Of a stretch of DNA of 64,000 bases, positions 27,233 through 36,104 are shown in pieces; positions within the stretch are counted from its first letter, which is position 1, and every line of letters begins with the position of its first letter. Origin of the DNA: Nitrospinota bacterium (GTDB lineage Bacteria; Nitrospinota; Nitrospinia; Nitrospinales; VA-1); the NCBI GenBank assembly GCA_014382285.1, contig JACNKA010000060.1, positions 6,987 through 70,986 on the forward strand. The letters are read 5' to 3'. Below the pieces are notes generated by a model. The model did not search any database. It was not told the origin of the DNA and was given only the letters and a program-made list of their open reading frames with translations. The position numbers and the translations under genes were made by a program.

Positions 27233-27814
27233 CTATTTCCTTAACTCCTCTTCCAGTTTCAGGGTCAGAATACTGGAATCTGGAGCCACCTCACTCAAAA
27301 AGCTGGCCACAGGTATTCCATTTTTCCCGACTAAAAATTTATGAAAATTCCATTGCGCCGCATTTTTTTCTGGCACCCGCTTTCCTTTCATCCGGTATAA
27401 CACCCATTTTACCAGTATAAATATTCTCGACCAAAATCCCCCGCCTCCTTGATGCCTCAAACCACAATCATATAAATACTGGTAAAGATCAAGTTTTTGC
27501 GGACCCAGGACAGACGCCTTACTGAAAAGATCAAAAGTCACATTGAAATTATTCTGGCAAAAAACCTTAATCGCCTCATCCGCTCCCGGTTCTTGCGCGC
27601 CAAAGTCATTGCTTGGAAAAGCCAGAATACTTAATCCCTGGCTCTCATATTTTTCATAAAGCTTTTGTAAACTCGAATATTGAGGGGTAAATCCGCAATT
27701 CGAAGCCACATTAACAATCAGCAAAACCCTTCCTTCAAACTTAGAAAGCCTGAGTACCTCTCCGGTAATAGATTGAGCCGCAAAATTATAAATATTTTTA
27801 TCCAAAGATTTCAT
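27233..27814 (-). CDS. gpx: Glutathione/thioredoxin peroxidase, BtuE-like
   Basis: LLIVNVASNCGFTPQY (peroxidatic Cys), FPSNDFGAQEPG, WNFHKFLV. The length and the insertion before WNF resemble E. coli BtuE. Confidence 0.9.
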   Translation of the reverse strand: MKSLDKNIYNFAAQSITGEVLRLSKFEGRVLLIVNVASNCGFTPQYSSLQKLYEKYESQGLSILAFPSNDFGAQEPGADEAIKVFCQNNFNVTFDLFSKASVLGPQKLDLYQYLYDCGLRHQGGGGFWSRIFILVKWVLYRMKGKRVPEKNAAQWNFHKFLVGKNGIPVASFLSEVAPDSSILTLKLEEELRK

Positions 27815-27953
27815 ATCCCAGGTTTAGAGGCTAGAAACTTCATAGAACTCCATAATTCAGGTATAATAATAGTGATAATAGCCGTAGAAATATGGCTACT
27901 GTAAATTATCGCAGATTACTTAAAAAACAAATACCCTGTCACAAGTTTCTCAA

Positions 27954-28568
27954 ATGCTCGCTTTCAAAAACAATATTTACGACACCTCGTCTCTCGGCAA
28001 ACTGACTCCCAGTCCGGACCCGAACTACAACTCTTCTTTTGATCCCCGCCATTTTGTTGAAGTGGCACTGAATCAGGAAGAAGAAGTTTTGTCATTTATT
28101 GAACGTCAGCCTCAGGAGTACTGGCGAGAAGATTTCAGCCAGTTTTATCCTCATGCAGGAAGAATAAATTCGATGTATGCTCTTAAAGAGATCCTGAGAA
28201 TATTGCAATTCGGTTTAGATGATACTTCATGCTGGCAGCATATGAACACTTATCATTTTTGTTTTTTATATGATGTGTTCGTGCGCTTTTCTTTTAACTA
28301 CAACCATGACAACTTGCAGGAAAAATTATTAAACCTTCCTGAGTTAGAAGGTAAACCTGTATTTCTTGGTATTTTTATCAGCAACTATTTTTTCAATAAA
28401 GCATTTCTGGTAGACCCTGAACATTTTAACTCTTTAGAGCGGGAAGATAAAATCACACTCGGGTATGACGGGCCTCACCTGTTTGCCGTGGTCAACGGTC
28501 TCACCCCTACACGAGAAGAAATGTCTCTCAAAGAATCCCAAGATTATCCTTACACAGTTTTTGTTTAG
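27954..28568 (+). CDS. Uncharacterised protein, paralog B (204 aa)
   Basis: Homologous to 26611-27204 over its whole length. The first ~39 nt are nearly identical between the two genes. Confidence 0.75.
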   Translation: MLAFKNNIYDTSSLGKLTPSPDPNYNSSFDPRHFVEVALNQEEEVLSFIERQPQEYWREDFSQFYPHAGRINSMYALKEILRILQFGLDDTSCWQHMNTYHFCFLYDVFVRFSFNYNHDNLQEKLLNLPELEGKPVFLGIFISNYFFNKAFLVDPEHFNSLEREDKITLGYDGPHLFAVVNGLTPTREEMSLKESQDYPYTVFV

Positions 28569-28672
28569 TTAATCACCCAAACAATCTTTATGGTCAAAGG
28601 GTAATTTATTAGCCAAAACTGTAAACTTTTCATTGCAAACACAATTCTGGAATCTCTTTTCTAGTTACCCCC

Positions 28673-29818
28673 ATGCCCGAACCATTTAAAAATCTTCTCA
28701 ATAGAATAATGATCCGTGGCATGGCCGAGCATTTTTCCAAAGCCGAGCCTGATTTTGATTCAGCAGGTTTTGTTATGATGGCAGGAGAAAACCTGGAGAC
28801 ATTGGAGCTTAAGGAACGCTCAACCCAAATAACTGCCACTCTGGCCACTTTCCTTCCAGACAATTTTGAAAAAGCCGCAGCAATCATGCTGGCGAGCCTC
28901 GCGCCCGAGGAATGTGATGCCGTTGTAAATGCACAACCGGGAACCCTGCAAGCGGATCAGCGGGGTATTGAGGGTTGGGCCATCATGCCCATGGTCGACT
29001 ACGTTGGCCTTTATGGTCGCGGACACTTCGATCTTTCTATGGCACTGCTTAAGGAAATGACCAAGCGGTTCAGTTCGGAATTTGGCATCCGTTTCTTTTT
29101 AATCGAAGAACCGGAGCGAACATTATCCCTACTCAAGGAATGGGCACGCGACTCCAACCACCACGTCCGCAGACTGATCTCCGAAGGCACACGTCCTCGC
29201 CTTCCCTGGGCTATGAGGTTGCCAGCCTTTATCGAAGACCCCACACCACTTCTTCCACTGCTTGAGGCACTCAAAGATGACGATGAAGAATATGTCCGCC
29301 GTTCCGTTGCAAATAATCTCAATGACATTGCCAAGGATCACCCTGACCTGATCGCAGAAATAGCAAAACGGTGGCTCAATGAGGCCAGCAAGGACCGAAA
29401 AAAACTGGTTCGTCATGCTTGCCGCACACTCATAAAACAAGGACATCAAAAAACATTAAAAGCCCTTGGCTATGACTCACCCTGCATAAAGCTGAAAAAC
29501 CTGGAAATATTGACTCCCAGTGTATCCTTTGGCAATGCCGTTATATTTGAATTGTGCCTGACCTCGACCTCCAAACATGCCCAACCTCTGATCATAGACT
29601 ATGCTATTCATCATCGCAAAGCCAATGGTAGCGCAACACCAAAGGTTTTCAAGTGGAAGACAATAACACTTGCCCCGCTAACGACAATGCCTAAGGCAAA
29701 AAAGAAACATGCCATCAAGAAAATTACAACACGGACTTATTACCCGGGCACACAAGGTTTAGAAGTTCTGATAAACGGCGTTTCATTTGGAGTTAAGACT
29801 TTTGAATTAGTTATGTAA
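28673..29818 (+). CDS. alkC: DNA alkylation repair protein, AlkC-like HEAT-repeat glycosylase with an extra C-terminal domain
   Basis: HHVRRLISEGTRPRLPWAMRL and EYVRRSVANNLNDIAKDHP match the DNA_alkylation (AlkC/AlkD) family as I remember it. About 120 additional C-terminal residues are present. Confidence 0.75.
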   Translation: MPEPFKNLLNRIMIRGMAEHFSKAEPDFDSAGFVMMAGENLETLELKERSTQITATLATFLPDNFEKAAAIMLASLAPEECDAVVNAQPGTLQADQRGIEGWAIMPMVDYVGLYGRGHFDLSMALLKEMTKRFSSEFGIRFFLIEEPERTLSLLKEWARDSNHHVRRLISEGTRPRLPWAMRLPAFIEDPTPLLPLLEALKDDDEEYVRRSVANNLNDIAKDHPDLIAEIAKRWLNEASKDRKKLVRHACRTLIKQGHQKTLKALGYDSPCIKLKNLEILTPSVSFGNAVIFELCLTSTSKHAQPLIIDYAIHHRKANGSATPKVFKWKTITLAPLTTMPKAKKKHAIKKITTRTYYPGTQGLEVLINGVSFGVKTFELVM

Positions 29819-29884
29819 CAATTTAATTAGGCTATCCATTTGATTAAGACACATTTTTTTCTATAGAACAAAAGGAGGACTTCG

Positions 29885-31438
29885 TTGCTCCCTGTTGTTA
29901 CAGCAAAACAAATGCAGGCTATTGATCGGCAGACGATTGATGAGTTTGGCATCCCCGGCATCACCCTTATGGAAAATGCCGGTGTTGCAGTTGTGCATGA
30001 ATTGCAAAAGCGTTTTCCTGACCTGTCCCACAAAAAGGTTTTCATATTTTGTGGCAAAGGTAATAACGGCGGAGATGGCTTTGTCATTGCCCGGCATCTG
30101 TTCAATCTAGGCTCTGAAGTTCAGGTCCTGTTAACCGGAAAATTGTCGAAGTTGAAAGGCGATGCTGAAACCAACGCCAACTCCGCCCGAAATATCGGGG
30201 TTCAGGTTGATGAGTTAGATGTCGACAACTTGAACTGTCACGATCATAAACTGCGCCATTGCGATATCATCATCGATGCCGTGTTCGGAACAGGATTGAA
30301 TAAACCGGTCTCTGGCTTCATGGAAAAAGTCATCGACAAAATCAACCAGTTTGAAAGATTCGAAAAGTTTGTGGTTTCGGTAGATATCAATTCTGGAGTG
30401 GACTCCGATAGCGGTCAGTTAATCGGACCGCATGTAAAGTCTGACTTAACCCTCGCTCTGGCCTACTGGAAACAAAGTCATCTGCTTCATCCCTCAGCCG
30501 GTGTCATGCAGGAAGTCAGGCTCTTAGACATCGGAGTTCCGGAAAAAGCCAGTGAACAGCAAAGCATCCAAGTCCATCAGTCTACGGTAGAGGACATAAA
30601 ATCCTACTTCCAAAAACGCGACCCCAATTCCCACAAAGGCAATTATGGTCATGTTCTGGTGCTGGCAGGGTCGAGAGGCAAAGAAGGTGCCGCAGGGCTG
30701 ACCGCTCTTGCAGTTCTAAGAGCCGGGGCCGGTTTATGCACCCTCGCGCTTCCAGCCTCCAGCCAGAAAGCAATGCATCCCATGGAAGTAATGACCGTGC
30801 CGCTACCTGAAACCGCGAACGGCTCACTATCCTTAAAGGCAAAGCAATCCATTCTCGATCTCCTCAAGGACAAGTCAGTGGTGGCTATCGGCCCCGGTAT
30901 CTCCACCGACCCGGAAACAGTTGCTTTGATCGGTGAACTCCTGCCACAGATTCGATGCCCGCTGGTGCTGGATGCGGATGCCCTGAATGCGTTATCGTTG
31001 CATAAGGATTGGCTGAAGAAATTGCAGCCCGAAACCGTTCTCACCCCGCACCCAAAAGAAATGTCCCGTTTAATTGGAGTACCAACCGAGGAAATCCAAA
31101 GAAACCGGGTGGAAACAGCCTCCAGGTTTGCTCGTGAACATTCCCTGAATCTGGTCTTAAAAGGTTCCCCAAGCTTGATTGCTTTGCCCGATGGATCTCT
31201 CGTCATCAACCCCACAGGGAATCCTGGCATGGCGACCGGTGGGTCAGGAGATGTTTTGACCGGAATCATTTCAGGATTGATAGCTCAGGGTTTGTCTTCC
31301 TCACAGGCTTCCATTGCCGGAACCTATATACACGGCCAGGCCGGAGATCACTTTGCTGAACGCGAAAGCCAAACTACCCTGATCGCAGGAGACTTGTTAA
31401 GATGCCTTCCAGAAACCCTGAAACGTATACTCCCTTGA
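29885..31438 (+). CDS. nnr: Bifunctional NAD(P)H-hydrate repair enzyme (epimerase + ADP-dependent dehydratase)
   Basis: YjeF_N motif CGKGNNGGDG. C-terminal kinase-like domain (KGNYGHVLVLAGS, GGSGDVLTG). TTG start with AGGAGG 6 nt upstream. Confidence 0.92.
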   Translation: MLPVVTAKQMQAIDRQTIDEFGIPGITLMENAGVAVVHELQKRFPDLSHKKVFIFCGKGNNGGDGFVIARHLFNLGSEVQVLLTGKLSKLKGDAETNANSARNIGVQVDELDVDNLNCHDHKLRHCDIIIDAVFGTGLNKPVSGFMEKVIDKINQFERFEKFVVSVDINSGVDSDSGQLIGPHVKSDLTLALAYWKQSHLLHPSAGVMQEVRLLDIGVPEKASEQQSIQVHQSTVEDIKSYFQKRDPNSHKGNYGHVLVLAGSRGKEGAAGLTALAVLRAGAGLCTLALPASSQKAMHPMEVMTVPLPETANGSLSLKAKQSILDLLKDKSVVAIGPGISTDPETVALIGELLPQIRCPLVLDADALNALSLHKDWLKKLQPETVLTPHPKEMSRLIGVPTEEIQRNRVETASRFAREHSLNLVLKGSPSLIALPDGSLVINPTGNPGMATGGSGDVLTGIISGLIAQGLSSSQASIAGTYIHGQAGDHFAERESQTTLIAGDLLRCLPETLKRILP

Positions 31439-31439
31439 A

Positions 31440-31922
31440 ATGAAAAAAATATCACACAGTCCTGAGGAAACTCTGCAGCTAGGGAAATTTCTCGGCAGTT
31501 CGTTGATCCCCGGTGACATTATTCTTTTGTTTGGAGATCTTGGTGCTGGCAAAACCCACCTGACCCAGGGAATCTGCATCGGTTTGGGACTGGACCCTGA
31601 TGCCTATATTCGCAGCCCGACCTTTACACTGATCAACGAATACCCGGGGCGACTTCCGATTTATCATATCGATTTATACCGGATCGATAGTCAGGAAGAA
31701 ATCTATTCTCTAGGGCTTGAGGAAATTTTATTTAATCAGGGTGTCACCGTCATTGAGTGGGCAGAAAAACTGCGCACGCCCAATAGCTCTGAAAACCTCA
31801 TGCTGAATATCGAGGATAGAATAGAAGTTAATATAAAAATTATCAGTGACTCCGAGCGTGAATTCACCTTCAATTCGTTTTTCCCGGAACCAAGAACCCT
31901 CCCCATTTTTACTTTACTTTAA
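31440..31922 (+). CDS. tsaE: tRNA t6A37 biosynthesis ATPase TsaE
   Basis: GDLGAGKTHLTQGI P-loop, SPTFTLINEY, 160 aa. The classic yjeF-yjeE adjacency. Confidence 0.9.
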   Translation: MKKISHSPEETLQLGKFLGSSLIPGDIILLFGDLGAGKTHLTQGICIGLGLDPDAYIRSPTFTLINEYPGRLPIYHIDLYRIDSQEEIYSLGLEEILFNQGVTVIEWAEKLRTPNSSENLMLNIEDRIEVNIKIISDSEREFTFNSFFPEPRTLPIFTLL

Positions 31923-31999
31923 TAGTTCCCTATGTAATCATTGCCCCTATGGTATGCCATTTGCATATACTTTTAATGTGTTATAAAATAGACATTTAA

Positions 32000-32425
32000 A
32001 TGATTAATACCATCAGGAGAGTTTTACTATTACTCGCCCTCGGCGTGATTGGATTGGCAGGGTTCTACTTTCTCAAAAACATGGGTACTTCTGTCGACAT
32101 TGGAAACGTGAAAATCAAAGTCATGGGTGAAGGGGTCGATGTCGAGATTGAGAACTTCAAGATCGCCCACGAAAATAAAGGTGTCAAGGAGTGGGAGCTC
32201 AAGGCAGATTTAGCTCAAATCAATAACAAGCTGGATTTAACAAAAATGCGGAACGTAGAAATGATTCTCCACAAGGGGGAGGGCAAGCAATACATCATTA
32301 CCGCTGATTCTGGAATCTATAAAAGCAAAACCGAAGATGTAAGTTTGGATGGCAATGTCAAGCTCGTGGGTTCAGCCGAAGGATTGAAACAAAGGCTGAG
32401 CTCCTCCCCCAAGAAAAGCGACTGA
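32000..32425 (+). CDS. lptC: LPS export protein LptC (short form)
   Basis: Single N-terminal TM helix followed by an OstA-like beta-jellyroll sequence. Sits directly upstream of lptA-lptB. Confidence 0.7.
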   Translation: MINTIRRVLLLLALGVIGLAGFYFLKNMGTSVDIGNVKIKVMGEGVDVEIENFKIAHENKGVKEWELKADLAQINNKLDLTKMRNVEMILHKGEGKQYIITADSGIYKSKTEDVSLDGNVKLVGSAEGLKQRLSSSPKKSD

Positions 32426-32441
32426 AAACGTATAGAACAAT

Positions 32442-33017
32442 ATGAAAAACAAAAAACTCGGATATATCATTCTTATAGCCTGGGCATTAATGGCTGCTCC
32501 TTCCATAGCCCAGCAAGCACATGAAGCTCAAGACCAGGGTTCGCAAAAACCCAAGCAGGATAAAGAGCCTTTAGATATCACCTCCGATCGAATGCGGTCT
32601 GAAAATGGTGGAGTAAAAATTATTTTTTCCGGCAACGTAGTGAGCTACAAAGGCGACTTGAAAATCACCTCCGATATCATGGAGGTCTACAATTCAGCGG
32701 ATAAGAAAGAGACCGATGAGATTGTAGCTATTGGCAATGTCTTCATTACCCGTGGATTAAAAAAAGCTACTGGAGACCGCGCTGTCTATATAGATAAGTT
32801 GCAAAAAATCATTTTAACGGGCACTCCCAAGGCCACCGCATGGGAAGAGGACAATATGGTTGAAGGAAGAGAGATGATTTTTCTTTTGGATAAGGACCGG
32901 TTTGTGGTCAATGAAAGAGTGCGTATGAAAATCTATCCAAAAGATGAAGAAGAAAAAAAACCCGAAAAAAAAAAGTCTAAGCTGACCAATAAAAATCAAC
33001 CCTCCGTCCCCGAATAA
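32442..33017 (+). CDS. lptA: LPS export periplasmic protein LptA
   Basis: Signal peptide. OstA_N-like repeats ([38 protein letters not shown]). Lys/Glu-rich tail. Confidence 0.85.
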   Translation: MKNKKLGYIILIAWALMAAPSIAQQAHEAQDQGSQKPKQDKEPLDITSDRMRSENGGVKIIFSGNVVSYKGDLKITSDIMEVYNSADKKETDEIVAIGNVFITRGLKKATGDRAVYIDKLQKIILTGTPKATAWEEDNMVEGREMIFLLDKDRFVVNERVRMKIYPKDEEEKKPEKKKSKLTNKNQPSVPE

Positions 33018-33022
33018 AAAAA

Positions 33023-33745
33023 GTGGCTGGTCTGAGAACTGAAAACCTTGTCAAATCATACCGGACGCGAAAGGTAGTCAAAAAGGTAAGTATTGAAGTC
33101 AATCAAGGTGAGATTGTCGGCCTACTCGGCCCAAATGGTGCCGGCAAAACCACTACTTTCTATATGGTCGTGGGGCTGACCCGTCCTGATGAAGGTAAAG
33201 TTTTATTAAACGATGAGGATGTCACCCATTTCCCTATGCATCTACGCGCCAAAAAAGGGATCAGCTATTTACCCCAGGAGCCTTCGGTTTTCAGGAAATT
33301 GACGGTGGAAGAGAATATCATCGCGGTGCTGGAATCTCAGAAGCTCACCAGTTTTGACCGCAAAAAAAAGGCCCGTGCGCTTCTCCGGGAACTCAACATC
33401 CTCCATATAAAAGACTCAAAAGCTTATTCGCTTTCGGGGGGAGAACGCAGACGGGTAGAAATCAGCAGGGCTTTGGCAACCTCTCCAGTATTTATTCTCC
33501 TGGACGAACCCTTTGCTGGCATCGACCCCATTGCGGTGGCAGATATTCAGTCAATAATATCGCAATTAAAAAAAAAGGGCATTGGGGTTTTGATCACCGA
33601 TCATAGTGTGCGGGAAACCTTAAGCATCACCGACCGTGCCTACATTATCAACGATGGAGAAATCATCTCGTCAGGTAAACCGATGGATGTTGCCCAGGAT
33701 GAAAAAGTGAAACAGATTTATCTGGGCGACCAGTTTTCGTTTTGA
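33023..33745 (+). CDS. lptB: LPS export ABC transporter ATPase LptB
   Basis: [34 protein letters not shown] start. Confidence 0.93.
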   Translation: MAGLRTENLVKSYRTRKVVKKVSIEVNQGEIVGLLGPNGAGKTTTFYMVVGLTRPDEGKVLLNDEDVTHFPMHLRAKKGISYLPQEPSVFRKLTVEENIIAVLESQKLTSFDRKKKARALLRELNILHIKDSKAYSLSGGERRRVEISRALATSPVFILLDEPFAGIDPIAVADIQSIISQLKKKGIGVLITDHSVRETLSITDRAYIINDGEIISSGKPMDVAQDEKVKQIYLGDQFSF

Positions 33746-33762
33746 GCCGGGAGTAAGCAAAT

Positions 33763-35190
33763 ATGGCAATGGAAATGAAAATGAATTTGAACCTGAAGCT
33801 GGGCCAGAAGCTGGTTATGACACCTATGCTTCAACAGGCCATCAAGCTTCTGCCATTGGCACGTCTGGAACTCGCTCAGTTGGTAAGACAGGAAATCGTA
33901 GAAAATCCAGTTCTGGAAGAACTGCTTGAAGACGAAAACGAACAGGAAAATAACCAGGAAGAAACAGGGCCAAAAGAAGAACCCTCCCTCGATGCAGAAC
34001 AAGACACAACCTCTCAGGAGCAGGAAATAGACTGGGATAGTTATTTCCAAGACAATATTGATCGGGGTATGTCTATCGAAAGCTATGCCGAAAAACCCTC
34101 GATTGAGGCCACATACAAAAAAGAAGCTACTTTGGCAGACCACCTCATGTGGCAACTGGATTTGACCGTTGACTCTGAAGCAGATAAATTTATCGGATCC
34201 TGCATTATCGGTAATATTCAAAATGACGGATACCTTTGCGCAGATCTGCAAGAAATCGTTGATATCAGCCAGTCCGATGAAGAAAGTGTGCTGAGGGTTC
34301 TAAAAATCATACAGAGTTTTGAACCTACCGGGGTTGCCTCCCGATCCCTGAAAGAATGTCTGATGCTTCAGGCTCACGCCCATTCAGACAAAAACCCCTA
34401 TGTAGAATTACTCATTGAAAATTATCTCGAACGACTGGAAGACCGGTTCCTGCAAAAGGTTGCTTCTGAATTGAAAATTGATTTAGAAAAAGTTTTAGAG
34501 GCCTTGGGAATTATCAAAAGTTTTTGTCCCAAACCAGGGCTTTTATTCAGTTCCGAAGGAGTCGATTATGTGGTTCCCGATCTTGTAGTGATAAAAACAG
34601 ATGAGGGTTACGATGTGGTTTTGAATGATGAAGGGGTCCCAAACCTGAGGATCAGCTCTTATTATCATAATCTGCTAAAAACCACCAAAGAAGGGCAGAC
34701 CAAGGAATATCTGGAAGACAAATACCGGTCCGCTTTATGGCTGATTAAAAGTATCGACCAAAGAAGACAAACGATATATAAAGTCGGGAAAAGTATCGTG
34801 AAACTGCAAAAAGGTTTCCTGGACGATGGTTTGTCCTACTTACAGCCTATGGTGCTGAAAGATGTCGCCAGGGATATCGAAATGCATGAATCGACAGTAA
34901 GCAGAATCACCACCAACAAATACATAGATACGCCACAGGGAGTTTTTGAGCTGAAATTCTTTTTCCATAGCGGCATTAAATCTTATATGGGAAACTCGAT
35001 GTCCTCCATCCGTGTAAAAAATATGATCAAAGAAATCATTAATGAGGAGGACGGAAATAGTCCGTTGACAGATGATCAAATGGTGCAAGCATTAATGATA
35101 AAAAATGCTAAAATAGCCAGGAGAACCATCACCAAATACCGAAAGGAACTGAATATTCCACCTGCGAGCAAGAGAAAAAAATTGTTTTAA
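33763..35190 (+). CDS. rpoN: RNA polymerase sigma-54 factor
   Basis: Region I (LKLGQKLVMTPMLQQAIKLL), acidic region II, and the RpoN box ARRTITKYR near the C-terminus. Confidence 0.95.
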   Translation: MAMEMKMNLNLKLGQKLVMTPMLQQAIKLLPLARLELAQLVRQEIVENPVLEELLEDENEQENNQEETGPKEEPSLDAEQDTTSQEQEIDWDSYFQDNIDRGMSIESYAEKPSIEATYKKEATLADHLMWQLDLTVDSEADKFIGSCIIGNIQNDGYLCADLQEIVDISQSDEESVLRVLKIIQSFEPTGVASRSLKECLMLQAHAHSDKNPYVELLIENYLERLEDRFLQKVASELKIDLEKVLEALGIIKSFCPKPGLLFSSEGVDYVVPDLVVIKTDEGYDVVLNDEGVPNLRISSYYHNLLKTTKEGQTKEYLEDKYRSALWLIKSIDQRRQTIYKVGKSIVKLQKGFLDDGLSYLQPMVLKDVARDIEMHESTVSRITTNKYIDTPQGVFELKFFFHSGIKSYMGNSMSSIRVKNMIKEIINEEDGNSPLTDDQMVQALMIKNAKIARRTITKYRKELNIPPASKRKKLF

Positions 35191-35271
35191 TTTTCCCTTC
35201 CTTCTAGTAACTTATGCACCTTTTAGCGTGCTTTAATCACCATGCGTTGTTGACATTTTTTTGGAGAGATC

Positions 35272-35601
35272 ATGAAACTGACTGTAGCGGGACGCAATAT
35301 TGAAATCACGGATGGAATTCGTGAGCACTTACAAAATAAAATGGATAAGACCATCCACGAGTTGGGCGAAGAAACAGATGTACACGTGGCACTGTCTGTA
35401 GAGAAACACCGGCATTTTGCAGAAATCACAGTTAAGACAAAAGGGTTTTCGGTGCACAGCACGGAGGAGACCGATGACCTCTATGCTTCGATGGATAATG
35501 CTCTGGTAAAAATTGAAAAACAGCTAAGAAAACACAAAGAAAAAGCCCAGGCACTTAGAAACAAAAAAGGCTCACAGTCCAAAGAGCAAAGTCAGGGCTG
35601 A
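35272..35601 (+). CDS. hpf: Ribosome hibernation promoting factor (short HPF/YfiA family)
   Basis: MKLTVAGRNIEITDGIREHLQNKMDK is typical of the sigma-54 modulation protein family. Conserved position after rpoN. Confidence 0.9.
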   Translation: MKLTVAGRNIEITDGIREHLQNKMDKTIHELGEETDVHVALSVEKHRHFAEITVKTKGFSVHSTEETDDLYASMDNALVKIEKQLRKHKEKAQALRNKKGSQSKEQSQG

Positions 35602-35633
35602 ATCAATTTTATCCATACTTGCTCCCATAAAAA

Positions 35634-36098
35634 ATGAAAATTGACGATATCTTAAAAAAGGATTCCATTATTGCCGACTTGGTCGGAACCAATAAGGAAG
35701 AAGTCCTCCGTGAAGTCACCGATTTCCTGCAAAGTCAGGGTTTGATCAAGGACAAGGAAGCATTACTCAATACCTTGATAGAAAGGGAAAGGCTGGGTAG
35801 CACGGGAATTGGTGAAAATGTTGCCATCCCGCACGGAAAATCCGATGAGCTTTCCCAGATTGTCACAGTCTTTGCGCGTTCAATAAATGGGGTGGACTTT
35901 GAGGCTCTTGACCAAAAACCTGTTCATTTTGTATGCATGGTTATCGCCCCCTCCAATTCCACAGGACAACATTTAAAAGCACTGGCTCGAATATCAAGAA
36001 TTTTCAAAAACCAGAATTTGCGCGATAATATTCTAAAATTACAAGACGCGAATCAAATCTATTCACTTCTTCTGGAAGAAGACTCTAAGTTTATTTAA
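35634..36098 (+). CDS. ptsN: PTS IIA-like nitrogen regulatory protein PtsN
   Basis: EIIA(Fru/Ntr) fold with the phosphorylatable His in GENVAIPHGK. Conserved position after hpf. Confidence 0.9.
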   Translation: MKIDDILKKDSIIADLVGTNKEEVLREVTDFLQSQGLIKDKEALLNTLIERERLGSTGIGENVAIPHGKSDELSQIVTVFARSINGVDFEALDQKPVHFVCMVIAPSNSTGQHLKALARISRIFKNQNLRDNILKLQDANQIYSLLLEEDSKFI

Positions 36099-36104
36099 TT
36101 GACC

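Noticed and set aside
27233-27814. An apparent ~30-aa insertion in the glutathione peroxidase before the WNF motif, considered as a possible novel domain or frameshift.
   Set aside because: E. coli BtuE carries a comparable segment at the same place, so this is normal for the BtuE subfamily.
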